A program made the position numbers and the translations under genes. This document shows, in pieces, positions 10,587-19,850 of a stretch of DNA of 64,000 nt. Every line of letters starts with the position of its first letter. Position 1 is the first letter of the stretch. Below the pieces are notes generated by a model that was given only the letters and a program-made list of their open reading frames with translations, ran no database searches and was not told where the DNA came from. Source of the DNA: an uncultured Nitrososphaera sp. (GTDB taxonomy: Archaea; Thermoproteota; Nitrososphaeria; Nitrososphaerales; Nitrososphaeraceae); assembly GCA_964476255.1 (NCBI GenBank), contig CAYYYR010000033.1, positions 6,181 through 70,180 of the forward strand. The letters run 5' to 3'.

Positions 10587-11135
10587 ACTAGGTCATATAC
10601 TACTAAACTAGCCAAGACGATGATAATTTAAGTGTGTTGTAGGGGATTATTATTAATCCACATCAATACGAATGCTTCTCAACCTTGTGTAGCCTCAAGT
10701 GTTTCCAAGCGCCGAAAATCTGGCCGCATTTCTCGCAGGAGTAACGGACGCGTGTCGTGCTTGATCTTTCATTTTCCTGCATAACGTTGAAGCGGACCAG
10801 CCTTTTTGCTACCCTTACCAAGTACTATCCTGTTACTGATTGCCAGCCTTATATTGATATGGATTGTTTAATGACCGTCTCTTGCCTAGATATGTCCACA
10901 ACAAGTAAGTTCAACGAAGAGTTCTGGGGGCTCGCCTATCTCTAGGGAATATGCCGTTCAGGTCCCACGAGCAGAATATCTGCAGAAACTGTTCTTCTAG
11001 GCAGAAAGTAAATCCCCCTGTATGATACATCAGTGAAGCCGCCAGAAGGGAATTACCTCTTGGTTTGTTTTCAGCCGCGTGCGAGTCAACTAGGTAATTG
11101 ATAAAGTCTCGCTTCGCAGGAAAACATCAGGATAG

Positions 11136-11441
11136 CTAGTCCAGTCCTGTAAGCAGGCCATCTTGCTTCATCTTTTCTGCATGGGCGGAAATGTAGCGCC
11201 AGATGATGTCTGCCCTGTCAGCCTTAAAGTCCCACGGAGCAATCAAAACCAGGTCTTCGTCTCTAATCCACATTCTTCGCTTGATATTGCCCCGTATTCT
11301 GCAGGTTCTGACCTTGCCATCCGTACATTTTACGATAATATTATCTCCGCCAACTAGCTTTATTACAAGACCAAGCAGTTCTCCTTCTTGAGGCATAACC
11401 ATTTCCTTGAGTTCTGACTCAGAAAGTACCTTCTTACCTAG
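11136..11441 (-). CDS. eif1a: Translation initiation factor aIF-1A
   Basis: GELLGLVIKLVGG..VKCTDGK.R.CRIRG..KRRMWIR..D.V...PWDF...ADIIWRY. The reading frame extends upstream of the ATG at 11402 to a CTA codon at 11441. Confidence 0.92.
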   Translation of the reverse strand, partial: LGKKVLSESELKEMVMPQEGELLGLVIKLVGGDNIIVKCTDGKVRTCRIRGNIKRRMWIRDEDLVLIAPWDFKADRADIIWRYISAHAEKMKQDGLLTGLD

Positions 11442-11536
11442 CTTGGATCAAGTAAAGTTGAATAAATAGTGTTAAAAAGTTTACCGATATTCCGCCCGCC
11501 ACACGATTAAATAACGCTGGCAAGTCTGAAATGAAC

Positions 11537-11610
11537 GGGCCGTTAGCTCAGCTTGGTGGAGCGTTCGACTGATAATCGAAAGGTCGAGGGTTCAAATCCC
11601 TTACGGCCCA
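11537..11610 (+). tRNA. tRNA-Ile(GAU)
   Basis: GGGCCGT/ACGGCCC acceptor stem, TTCGA-CT-GAT-AA-TCGAA anticodon arm, GAGGG-TTCAAAT-CCCTT T arm. Confidence 0.97.
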
Positions 11611-11764
11611 CTTCATGATTAGGATACTCGTTACTCTGGCCATTTTTGACGCTTTTCGGCATATACAACGTATAGACCAAAGCTTAAAGCTAGCCGGCGA
11701 TATACTCTAGTTGACTATGGTTGAGCTTCAAGAGGTGAAGGTAGACAGGAGTAAACGAGAGTAA

Positions 11765-12289
11765 ATGAAAGTGGCGTCTGCAAAGTTGACTAACCCTGAA
11801 TGGGAAGCGGTGCAGGACTTGTGCAATAGCAAGGGCCTAACTATCGCCGAATACCTGAGGCAACTAATACAAGAAGACGCTGAAGGGCTGAAGGAAAGTG
11901 AAACACATGATGCAAAAGAAAAGCCTAGTCCACTTTTTCAATTGCTCAGGAAGCAGAAGAGCAATAATACCAAAGGCGACGAGTCAAATGTTGATGCAGA
12001 TGCTGAAGACGATGGATTCCCGCCATCCCCGTCATCAAAATTGCCATCGGAAGTAGCAGCAATCAGACAGGAATTGGCAAACTACACCTACGCCATGCGA
12101 GAAACATCTGCGCAGTTAGCTGGAATGAAAAAAGATCTCGAGAAGAAAAAGTCAGAGTCCGTTCATTCTATGAACCAAAAAATGAGATGCATGTCATCAG
12201 ACGAAGGGCCGCTCAGAAACTACGTACGCCGTTATGTATCCCTAGTCTTTGCAGTGCAAAGGATGTATAGGCCGATTTTACTATTCTGA
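11765..12289 (+). CDS. Hypothetical protein with N-terminal ribbon-helix-helix-like domain and coiled coil
   Basis: KVASAKLT..EWEAVQDLC..KGLTIAEYLRQLI resembles CopG/RHH. Confidence 0.65.
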   Translation: MKVASAKLTNPEWEAVQDLCNSKGLTIAEYLRQLIQEDAEGLKESETHDAKEKPSPLFQLLRKQKSNNTKGDESNVDADAEDDGFPPSPSSKLPSEVAAIRQELANYTYAMRETSAQLAGMKKDLEKKKSESVHSMNQKMRCMSSDEGPLRNYVRRYVSLVFAVQRMYRPILLF

Positions 12290-12384
12290 TAGCACCATTG
12301 AACACAGTCGTGGAATATCATTTTAGCAACTAGTATAACATTTCTCACCAACAGAGGCAAAAGTAATCCTTATCCTAGTCTTAC

Positions 12385-12573
12385 ATGTTGAAATGCCAGC
12401 TTCCCGATTGCAGCGAACTATCTGTCTGCAGAGTGACAAAGGCTAGAACAAAGAATTCAATGCAAATATCGCTGCATTTATGTAAATCCTGTGCAGCTGA
12501 TGACATGATGGATACCTCATTCAGGGTCTGGGAAGCTGCGGCCCTGATGGACGTCAGCCATACCCTTATTTGA
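12385..12573 (+). CDS. Small Cys-rich hypothetical protein
   Basis: CQLPDC...C...HLCKSC. Confidence 0.45.
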   Translation: MLKCQLPDCSELSVCRVTKARTKNSMQISLHLCKSCAADDMMDTSFRVWEAAALMDVSHTLI

Positions 12574-12806
12574 GACGATTCCAGAAATATTTGCATCACA
12601 GAGTATCGCTGGTGTTACCAATCTGGTTACCGCTACCATTCGGAGCCAGATATCTGATTCTTATTTATTTTTACTCGATATCACTTGGGTAGAGTAACAC
12701 GAGACTTATTGTGACATTTCTATTTGATTGAATGGAACAGAACATCAGTTTGAGGCACAGAAACGGACTATTCCCATTTTAGTATAAGGCTGCGAAACTG
12801 ACTATA

Positions 12807-13070
12807 ATGGCAGCAAACGGCCTGATCAGTAAATTATGTGCAGCGCGGGTTGTAGAAAGAGAGAATTATGACCTCAGATTTGCAAATGATTTCTGCGCTT
12901 ATCTTGCGCAGTACAATCAAAGGAATCTACGCAACAAGGCTGCAACGGTCGAAGGTTGGCGAAGTATCATGAACGGCTATGACAATTCCCTGAGGACAAT
13001 ATCAGATGAAGAGATAGGTATGACAATTGTGCTGTTAGACTACTTTCTGGAAAAGGTTGCCGTCAGATAA
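12807..13070 (+). CDS. Hypothetical protein
   Basis: 87-aa ORF with ATG ~22 nt after a TATAAG box. Confidence 0.65.
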   Translation: MAANGLISKLCAARVVERENYDLRFANDFCAYLAQYNQRNLRNKAATVEGWRSIMNGYDNSLRTISDEEIGMTIVLLDYFLEKVAVR

Positions 13071-13098
13071 CGCCTGAGTCATTCAAATACAAGAATAA

Positions 13099-14166
13099 TC
13101 AAATGAATTTGTTTATTACGGCTCTCAGACCATAATACCTTTCTGTTGTTATCATTGCCTTTTGTATCTCTTCTAGAGAGTATCGATGTGACACGATTTG
13201 CGAGAGATCTACTATCTTCTCTGTGGCAATCCTTGCAGCCTCTTGTAACATCTTTGGCGTAGAGCTAAATGACCCAGTAACCGAGATCTGGTTATAGTGC
13301 AGCCAGTTTGCATCCAATTGAAACATTTGGCCGCTTGGCATACCTGCAAAAACATTGATATTGGAATCTTTGCCAACAATTCGAGTCGCAAACTCTAGGG
13401 CAGCGGGATTACTCGTGGCAACTATTGCAATGCCCGCGCCGGTGGGACCTGTAAAATCCGATATCTCGTGGATAATTGTCTCAATGTTGGATTCTTCGTA
13501 GCAAAACGACTCGTCTGCGCCCATAGCATTTGCCTTATCAACTCTCGACGCGACCTTGCCGACGATTGCTACCCTAGCCCCTTCTAGCTTCTTGAATAAT
13601 TGGAGGTGAATGAGCCCCATTGGCCCATCGCCTATTATTACAACAGGCTTTGACTTCTTGGGAGCCATAATTGAAAAGCTGTTGAGACAGCATGCGAGAG
13701 GTTCTAAGAGAGCGGCTTCTTCGTCGCTTAGCCCATCAGGCACAGGAACGATGCCGCCAATTTTGACAATTTGTTCGGGTATAGCGACAAACTGCGCAAA
13801 GCCACCATCGATCGTCGAGCCTATTTCCTTTAGGCTCATGCACAGATTATGCTGACCGTTCTGGCAATATGGGCAGACAAGACATGGAACCAGCGGACAT
13901 AGAGCTACCCTCGTTCCTGCCTTTATTGCCATGCCATATGTCATAACATCGCTTTGAATTTCTCCAGAAAGCTCATGTCCCAGGATAATAGGCGGGCTGA
14001 CCTTTCGATGACCGTTTCTAAATACACGAGCGTCGTATGCACATACGGCGCACGCATTTACCTTGAGCAAAGTCTTGTTGCTGGCAATTACCGGCACTTC
14101 TTCAACCGTGATATTGCTTGGGCCACGAAATACTGCTGCTAGCATGCTATTGTCGTTATTTCCCAT
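13099..14166 (-). CDS. Zn-dependent medium-chain alcohol/polyol dehydrogenase (sorbitol/iditol DH-like)
   Basis: GHE catalytic motif, structural Zn CLVCPYC...C, LLEPLACC, Rossmann IIGDGPMG. Confidence 0.93.
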   Translation of the reverse strand: MGNNDNSMLAAVFRGPSNITVEEVPVIASNKTLLKVNACAVCAYDARVFRNGHRKVSPPIILGHELSGEIQSDVMTYGMAIKAGTRVALCPLVPCLVCPYCQNGQHNLCMSLKEIGSTIDGGFAQFVAIPEQIVKIGGIVPVPDGLSDEEAALLEPLACCLNSFSIMAPKKSKPVVIIGDGPMGLIHLQLFKKLEGARVAIVGKVASRVDKANAMGADESFCYEESNIETIIHEISDFTGPTGAGIAIVATSNPAALEFATRIVGKDSNINVFAGMPSGQMFQLDANWLHYNQISVTGSFSSTPKMLQEAARIATEKIVDLSQIVSHRYSLEEIQKAMITTERYYGLRAVINKFI

Positions 14167-14255
14167 TAACTAGTTCCAACCAAAGTCCGTAGATGCGACT
14201 ACCAAAGATCTGTTCTGCAACTATAAAAAGGGTTACATCATAAATATACAGCAAG

Positions 14256-15068
14256 ATGACTAGGTTGTTCGAACCGCATATCCATATGTACTCACGCACC
14301 ACGGATGACTATGAGGCAATGTCGAAAGCAGGTATTGAGGTTATTGTCCAGCCGTCGTTTTGGCTTGGGAGCCCTAGAACGTCAATAGGAACCTTCGAGG
14401 ATTATTGGGAGCACATGATAACGTTTGAGACAAAGAGGGCTAGAGACTATGGGATTGACCACTTTGTCTGCATTTCCGTTAATCCAAAGGAAGCAATTGA
14501 AAGGCCGCTTGCTTTGGATGCAATAGAAGCTATGAAGAGGTATCTTGACAGGGAGAGAGTGGTTGCTATCGGCGAGATCGGCTTCAACCTAATAAATGAC
14601 TTGGAAGAAGAAGTCATGGTAAAACAGATGGAAATTGCGAATGAAAAGGACATGCTGATGACTGTGCATCTGCCGCATAATAACAAACCAGAGGGCATGC
14701 GAAGAATGGAGAGCATATTGAATAACGAGCAAAGCAAGCACTACAAACGCCACAAGATACTCGTCGATCACAACGTAGAAGAGACAATTGAAAAGACGCT
14801 GGAACTTGGAATGTGGGCAGGACTATCTGTATACCCAGTGTCAAAATTATCCCCTGAGCGGGCAATGAATATCATCAAGAAACACGGTACTGAAAGAATA
14901 ATGGTGCATAGCGCAGCAGACTGGGGACCATCAGATCCTCTTAGTGTCCCGTTGGTGGCAAGAGAAATGAGGAAAGCCGGATTCAGTACAAGTGAGGTTG
15001 AGCGAGTGACCTTTTACAATGCCTATGAATTCTTCAAGCAGTCGCCGCGTTTTACGTGGAAGCCCTAA
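14256..15068 (+). CDS. TatD-family metal hydrolase, EboB-like
   Basis: PHIHM.SRTTDDYE.M, QPSFWLGSPR and SAADWG.SDPL.VP, characteristic of the ebo-associated TatD subfamily. Confidence 0.88.
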   Translation: MTRLFEPHIHMYSRTTDDYEAMSKAGIEVIVQPSFWLGSPRTSIGTFEDYWEHMITFETKRARDYGIDHFVCISVNPKEAIERPLALDAIEAMKRYLDRERVVAIGEIGFNLINDLEEEVMVKQMEIANEKDMLMTVHLPHNNKPEGMRRMESILNNEQSKHYKRHKILVDHNVEETIEKTLELGMWAGLSVYPVSKLSPERAMNIIKKHGTERIMVHSAADWGPSDPLSVPLVAREMRKAGFSTSEVERVTFYNAYEFFKQSPRFTWKP

Positions 15069-15071
15069 CAA

Positions 15072-15908
15072 ATGAAGCTGGCATTTAGCACTAACGCGTT
15101 CAAGCGATACTCACTTGAAGATTCAATCCGAGAAATAGCGAAAATCGGCTATACCGGTGTTGAGATTCTCTGCGATATACCACATGCCTATCCACCAACT
15201 TTTGACAATACACAAGTAAAATCTGTGAAGGAAACGATCACATCGCGCGGGCTTCAGATTTCAAATCTTAATGCGTTCACTCTGTACGCGATTGGCGACG
15301 TTTACCATCCATCTTGGATAGAAGATCAAGAGGGTCTAAAAGAAAAACGTATACAACACACGATCAATTGTATTCGGCTTGCCAAGAAAATTGGCGCGAA
15401 GAACGTGTCAACAGAGCCTGGAGGACCGGTTCCTGTCAATGCCAATCGATACGAGCTTGAGAAAACGTTCTCTGCTGGCCTAGCAAGGGTGGCAAGGATA
15501 GCGGAAGAAGAAGATGTGCTTGTGCTCGTTGAGCCAGAACCCGATTTACTTATTGAAGATTCCCATCAATTCAAGAAATTCATGAAAAACTTATCATCCA
15601 ATCATATCAGACTCAATTTTGACATCGGACACTTTTTCTGTGTAAATGAAGATCCGGCCGAGCTTGTCTATGAACTGTCAGAAAGTATAGGCCATTTCCA
15701 TCTGGCCGATATTGCCAGTGACAGGGTGCACAATCACCTGATACCCGGCAGGGGCTCCATTGACTTCTCTCGAGTGTTTGATGCCTTAGACAATATAGGA
15801 TATGATGGCTTTGTAACAGTCGAGCTTTATCCATATCAGGAGAGCCCAATAGAGGCTGCAAAAGAAGCATATAACTATCTAGACAAGATTATCAGATTGA
15901 GCAAGTGA
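15072..15908 (+). CDS. Sugar phosphate isomerase/epimerase (xylose isomerase-like TIM barrel)
   Basis: VEPEP, NFDIGH, HFHLAD...HNHLIPG.G.IDF, GYDG.VTVELY. Confidence 0.9.
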   Translation: MKLAFSTNAFKRYSLEDSIREIAKIGYTGVEILCDIPHAYPPTFDNTQVKSVKETITSRGLQISNLNAFTLYAIGDVYHPSWIEDQEGLKEKRIQHTINCIRLAKKIGAKNVSTEPGGPVPVNANRYELEKTFSAGLARVARIAEEEDVLVLVEPEPDLLIEDSHQFKKFMKNLSSNHIRLNFDIGHFFCVNEDPAELVYELSESIGHFHLADIASDRVHNHLIPGRGSIDFSRVFDALDNIGYDGFVTVELYPYQESPIEAAKEAYNYLDKIIRLSK

Positions 15909-16828
15909 TTATTTTGCTGAGGCAGTACCTGACATTAATTAGGCTGCCAAATATATTCACTGCTCCAACTAATATTCTTGCAGGATATTTCGCTGCAATT
16001 GCCCCGCCAGATGCAAACGGTGTGCATGTACTATCTCTTATGATCTCCTCCGCCCTACTCTATACAGCCGGCATTGTACTTAATGACTACTTTGACATAC
16101 AAGTCGATAAGAAAGAGCGCCCATCAAGGCCTCTTGCTTTAGGCGCGATCAAAAAAAGAAACGCGTTGATTATTGCGCTATCTGCTCTGGTAGCTGCCAA
16201 CGTAATTCTTCTTGTAATGGTTAGTCTTGCAAGCTTTGCGATATCTGTAGCTCTTTCAGGAGTAATTGTGGCCTACAATTTCAGTCTGAAGCGGAACGCT
16301 ATTGCTGGACCGATTTCCATGGGCACAGCAAGGTTTCTAAACGTCATTCTTGGCGCTAGCCCGATACTGGGTATGCTCCTTCTCAAAAGCGCCGATGAAA
16401 TGAAATTGTCAGATTTGTGGAATGTGGTAATTGCTGCGGCATCATTGTTTGCTTATGTCATCGCGATAATGACGCTCAGCAAAAGGGAAGTAATGGGAGG
16501 CGGTAGACAAGCTAATCTTGCAGCGTTTTTCATCATTCTGGCAGTGATTGCATCGGTGGGAGTACTTGGCTTTGTTCTTCAATTTCAGCCTGCATTCATG
16601 ATTAACTTGTCACTATTTGCTGCCGTCATGATTTTCACTTTTAGACGCTACCTAGCTACAGAATCGTCTGCAGAACTTCTGCAGAAGGCAATCAGAAACA
16701 TGGTTGTCTCGATAATAATACTCGATTCTGTATTTGTGAGTGGCACAGCAGGGCTAATCTATGGGGCGGCCACTCTGCTTTTCATTATACCTGCAGTTGT
16801 TCTCGCGAAAAAGATGTATGTGACCTAA
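15905..16828 (+). CDS. UbiA-family prenyltransferase, EboC-like
   Basis: LIRLPNIFTA..NILAG, NDYFD..VD..ERPSRP and MG.ARFLN motifs; multiple TM helices. GTGA overlap with the upstream gene. Confidence 0.9.
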   Translation: MIILLRQYLTLIRLPNIFTAPTNILAGYFAAIAPPDANGVHVLSLMISSALLYTAGIVLNDYFDIQVDKKERPSRPLALGAIKKRNALIIALSALVAANVILLVMVSLASFAISVALSGVIVAYNFSLKRNAIAGPISMGTARFLNVILGASPILGMLLLKSADEMKLSDLWNVVIAAASLFAYVIAIMTLSKREVMGGGRQANLAAFFIILAVIASVGVLGFVLQFQPAFMINLSLFAAVMIFTFRRYLATESSAELLQKAIRNMVVSIIILDSVFVSGTAGLIYGAATLLFIIPAVVLAKKMYVT

Positions 16829-16916
16829 ACCCATTTATCCAAGATTCAGATATTAGAAGCAGAAATATGTGTCGATATCCAAGGATCAAACCCCGTATAG
16901 GTAGGTAATCAGGGAT

Positions 16917-18239
16917 TTGCCAGCACCAAAATATTCTATTGTCCTAGACATTGTCGGTTTGGAATACGAACACATGGCTTCAGGTCTACTTCCAAATATC
17001 GCCGAGATTGCACAAACAGGCGAGGCAGCAAAACTAGAACCAGTATTCCCTGCAGTTACATGCACTGTTCAAGCCAGCATCCTCTCTGGCAAATATCCAC
17101 GTGACCACGGCATAGTGTCAAACGGCCTCTTCGACAGGGACACGTACAGCGTGTCGTTCTGGGAGCAGCCGAGCTCACTGGTCAGAGCAGAAAGGGCGTG
17201 GGACGTCGCCCGGCGGAACGGCGCAAAAACAGCCGTCCTCTTTTGGCAAAACACGATGTACGCCAATTCTGACATTGTGGTGACGCCGCGGCCCATCCAT
17301 CTTGACGACAGGATGGTGATGTGGTGCTATTCAAAGCCGCCAGGCTACTATGAAAAATTGAAGGAAAAATTCGGCGAGTTCGACCTTGCTAGCTACTGGG
17401 GGCCTCTCGCATCTGCCAGGTCAAGCGAATGGATAGCAAACGCCGCGGAGTACACGCTTGAATATGAGCGGCCAAACATGCTCTTTGCCTACATTCCACA
17501 CGTGGACTACTCGGCGCAGCGGTTCGGAAAAGACGCGCCGCAGGTGAGAGACGACATAAAAAAAGCAGACGGAATAGTCGGCCGGCTGGCAGAGAAGGCT
17601 TCAAGGATGGGGATCAGGGATCAAACCGAGTTCACGATAGTATCAGAGTACGGCTTTAACGACGTCAGGGGCGCGGCGCCGCTTAACCTAGCGTTGCGGG
17701 ACGCCGGCCTTGTTTCAGTCCGCTCCATACAGGGCAGGGAATACCTTGATCTTGAATACAGCAAGGCGTTTGCGATGGTCGATCACCAGGTGGCGCACGT
17801 GTTTGTCAAGGACGGCTTTGAGCAGCAGGCAAGGAAAGCTCTGGAGGCGGCCGCCGGCGTGGACAGGGTGCTTGATCGCGAAGGCAAGAAAAAGCTTGGA
17901 ATCGATCATAACCGGAGCGGCGAGCTTGTAGCCATAGCCGAGAGGGACCGGTGGTTCAGCTACTACTGGTGGCACGACGAAAGTATGGCGCCGGATTTTG
18001 CGCGCAGGGTGGACATCCACAGAAAGTCCGGCTACGATCCTGCCGAGCTTTTTTTTGACCCAAAGACAAAGTCGATACCGCTTGACCCGGGCATGGTAAA
18101 GGGGTCGCACGGAAGGCCTGCCGACCCTGCAACAGGCGAAGGACTTGCGTTCTATGCTTCGAGCAGAAGGCACGGCATTGCAAAATCTGGCATCATGAAA
18201 TGCACAGACATCATGCAGGGTCTGGTGGGCAGCGCATGA
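16917..18239 (+). CDS. Alkaline-phosphatase-superfamily nucleotide pyrophosphatase, EboF-like
   Basis: LDIVGL, FPAVTCTVQ, YIPHVDY..QRFG, SEYG, FARRVDIH.K.GYDPAELF and KGSHG motifs. Confidence 0.9.
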   Translation: MPAPKYSIVLDIVGLEYEHMASGLLPNIAEIAQTGEAAKLEPVFPAVTCTVQASILSGKYPRDHGIVSNGLFDRDTYSVSFWEQPSSLVRAERAWDVARRNGAKTAVLFWQNTMYANSDIVVTPRPIHLDDRMVMWCYSKPPGYYEKLKEKFGEFDLASYWGPLASARSSEWIANAAEYTLEYERPNMLFAYIPHVDYSAQRFGKDAPQVRDDIKKADGIVGRLAEKASRMGIRDQTEFTIVSEYGFNDVRGAAPLNLALRDAGLVSVRSIQGREYLDLEYSKAFAMVDHQVAHVFVKDGFEQQARKALEAAAGVDRVLDREGKKKLGIDHNRSGELVAIAERDRWFSYYWWHDESMAPDFARRVDIHRKSGYDPAELFFDPKTKSIPLDPGMVKGSHGRPADPATGEGLAFYASSRRHGIAKSGIMKCTDIMQGLVGSA

Positions 18240-19078
18240 AGTATTCGATAACGCTAGCCTCCTTTAGGAAAATAGAGCCAGTTGAAGAAACGCTTCCAAA
18301 GCTGGCCGGGCAGGGGTACGACGCCGTGGAGATGTTTGGCGAGCCGCAAGACGTGGAAGTTGCAAAATTAAAGGACGTCTTTAGCGCATACATACCTGTC
18401 TGCGGGATAACCGGCATGTGGGGCTCTGCCGGCAGAGACGGCTGGAAGCGCAAGCTCCTGAGCTCCGACCAAAACCTTGTCCAAGCTTCGAAAAAATACG
18501 TGCAGGACTGCATAAAGATGTGCAACTCGCTGGGCGGGGCAGAGATGAACGTCTGCCTCTTTGCCGACGAGCTGCCGGGGTTTGACAGGACGCACAGCAT
18601 GCTCGCCCAAAATGAAAAAGAGCAGCTCGCCCGGAAAGCTGTGCCGATGCTGGCAGAGCTCTGCAGGTTCGCGGCAGATCATGGGGTGAAGCTTGTGCTC
18701 GAGCCGCTCAACCGCTACAGCACGCCGTACTGCTCGACGGCAAGGGACGCTGCCGACATAGTCAGGCAGGTGAACAGCGATTCGCTTGGAATGCTGCTGG
18801 ACACTTTCCATATGAACATAGAAGAGGACTCGTTTGAAGATGCCATACAAACTGCCGGCCAGCTATTGAAGCACACGCATTTTGCCGACAACAATAGAAA
18901 AATGCCGGGGTCCGCCCACATCGACTTTGCCGCGATTATGAGGTGCCTGCAAGAAATTGGCTACGGCGGCTACGTCAGCTTTGAGCCCAACATTGCAGAC
19001 AAGAATTACGAGCATGCTACGAAAACCGGCCTTGACTTTGTAAAAAGCAAGACAGCTTGCTACCAGCGTGAGCTTTAA
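18236..19078 (+). CDS. Sugar phosphate isomerase/epimerase (tagatose/psicose 3-epimerase-like TIM barrel)
   Basis: LEPLNRY, LDTFHMNIEE, HFADNNRK.PG. ATGA overlap with the upstream gene. Confidence 0.9.
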   Translation: MKYSITLASFRKIEPVEETLPKLAGQGYDAVEMFGEPQDVEVAKLKDVFSAYIPVCGITGMWGSAGRDGWKRKLLSSDQNLVQASKKYVQDCIKMCNSLGGAEMNVCLFADELPGFDRTHSMLAQNEKEQLARKAVPMLAELCRFAADHGVKLVLEPLNRYSTPYCSTARDAADIVRQVNSDSLGMLLDTFHMNIEEDSFEDAIQTAGQLLKHTHFADNNRKMPGSAHIDFAAIMRCLQEIGYGGYVSFEPNIADKNYEHATKTGLDFVKSKTACYQREL

Positions 19079-19139
19079 ATGGTAATGTGCTATTCGTTTT
19101 TTCAGCATTGCGTAAATAAAAAACGGCGTCATTTGTTGT

Positions 19140-19349
19140 ATGTCATCGGTCGCAAAAATCATAGAGGTCATCTGCATCTCTGACAAGGGGTGGGAGGACG
19201 CCGCGCAGATAGCCATCACCGAAGCCAAAAAGACCGTGCACGGGATACGTGGGATAAAGGTCCGTGACATGACGGCAAACGTGGACGGATCCGGCAAGAT
19301 TATCAGGTACAAGACCACGGTAAAGATGTCGTTTGGAGTGGAACGCTAG
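19140..19349 (+). CDS. Dodecin family protein
   Basis: SVAKIIEV...S.KGWEDAA..A..EA.KT...I...Y...K.SF. Confidence 0.9.
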   Translation: MSSVAKIIEVICISDKGWEDAAQIAITEAKKTVHGIRGIKVRDMTANVDGSGKIIRYKTTVKMSFGVER

Positions 19350-19391
19350 GAGCCGGCATCGGCAGCGCTTAAATCCTGATGCCCATTAGGA

Positions 19392-19850
19392 ATGCTGTTG
19401 CTACAGGAGCTTCTGCTTCAGGGCACTGAAATCGCGGCGATAGCCGCCGCGGTGATAATCGGCCTGATCGCGCTGTGGATAATCGTCACGGTCCCGGTGT
19501 GGATAGCGGCCAAGATCCTCACCCTGGGCAAGGCAAAGTTCACCAGAGCCATGCTGGTGACCGCAGCCGGCCCGATAGTCTACGCGATAGTGTTTTTCAT
19601 CTCTGCCGCGGCGCTGACTATCGCGCTCGGCGACCCCGTGCTGCCGGCCGTAATAGCTTTCATCATTGCGTTCATTGCCTGGATTGGCGTGTTCAAGAAG
19701 GGCTTTGACACGGGGTGGCTGCGCGCCCTTGCAATAGCCATACTTGCGATCGTGGTGTTTGCAGTCATTGGGGCGGTAATCACGCTGATAATGCAGGCTG
19801 TGGTGCCCGGCGCCCCGGCGATAACCCCGATCCCGCTCCAGCAGGCCTGA
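19392..19850 (+). CDS. Membrane protein (about 4 TM)
   Basis: Hydrophobic helices; FDTGWLRA motif. Confidence 0.8.
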   Translation: MLLLQELLLQGTEIAAIAAAVIIGLIALWIIVTVPVWIAAKILTLGKAKFTRAMLVTAAGPIVYAIVFFISAAALTIALGDPVLPAVIAFIIAFIAWIGVFKKGFDTGWLRALAIAILAIVVFAVIGAVITLIMQAVVPGAPAITPIPLQQA

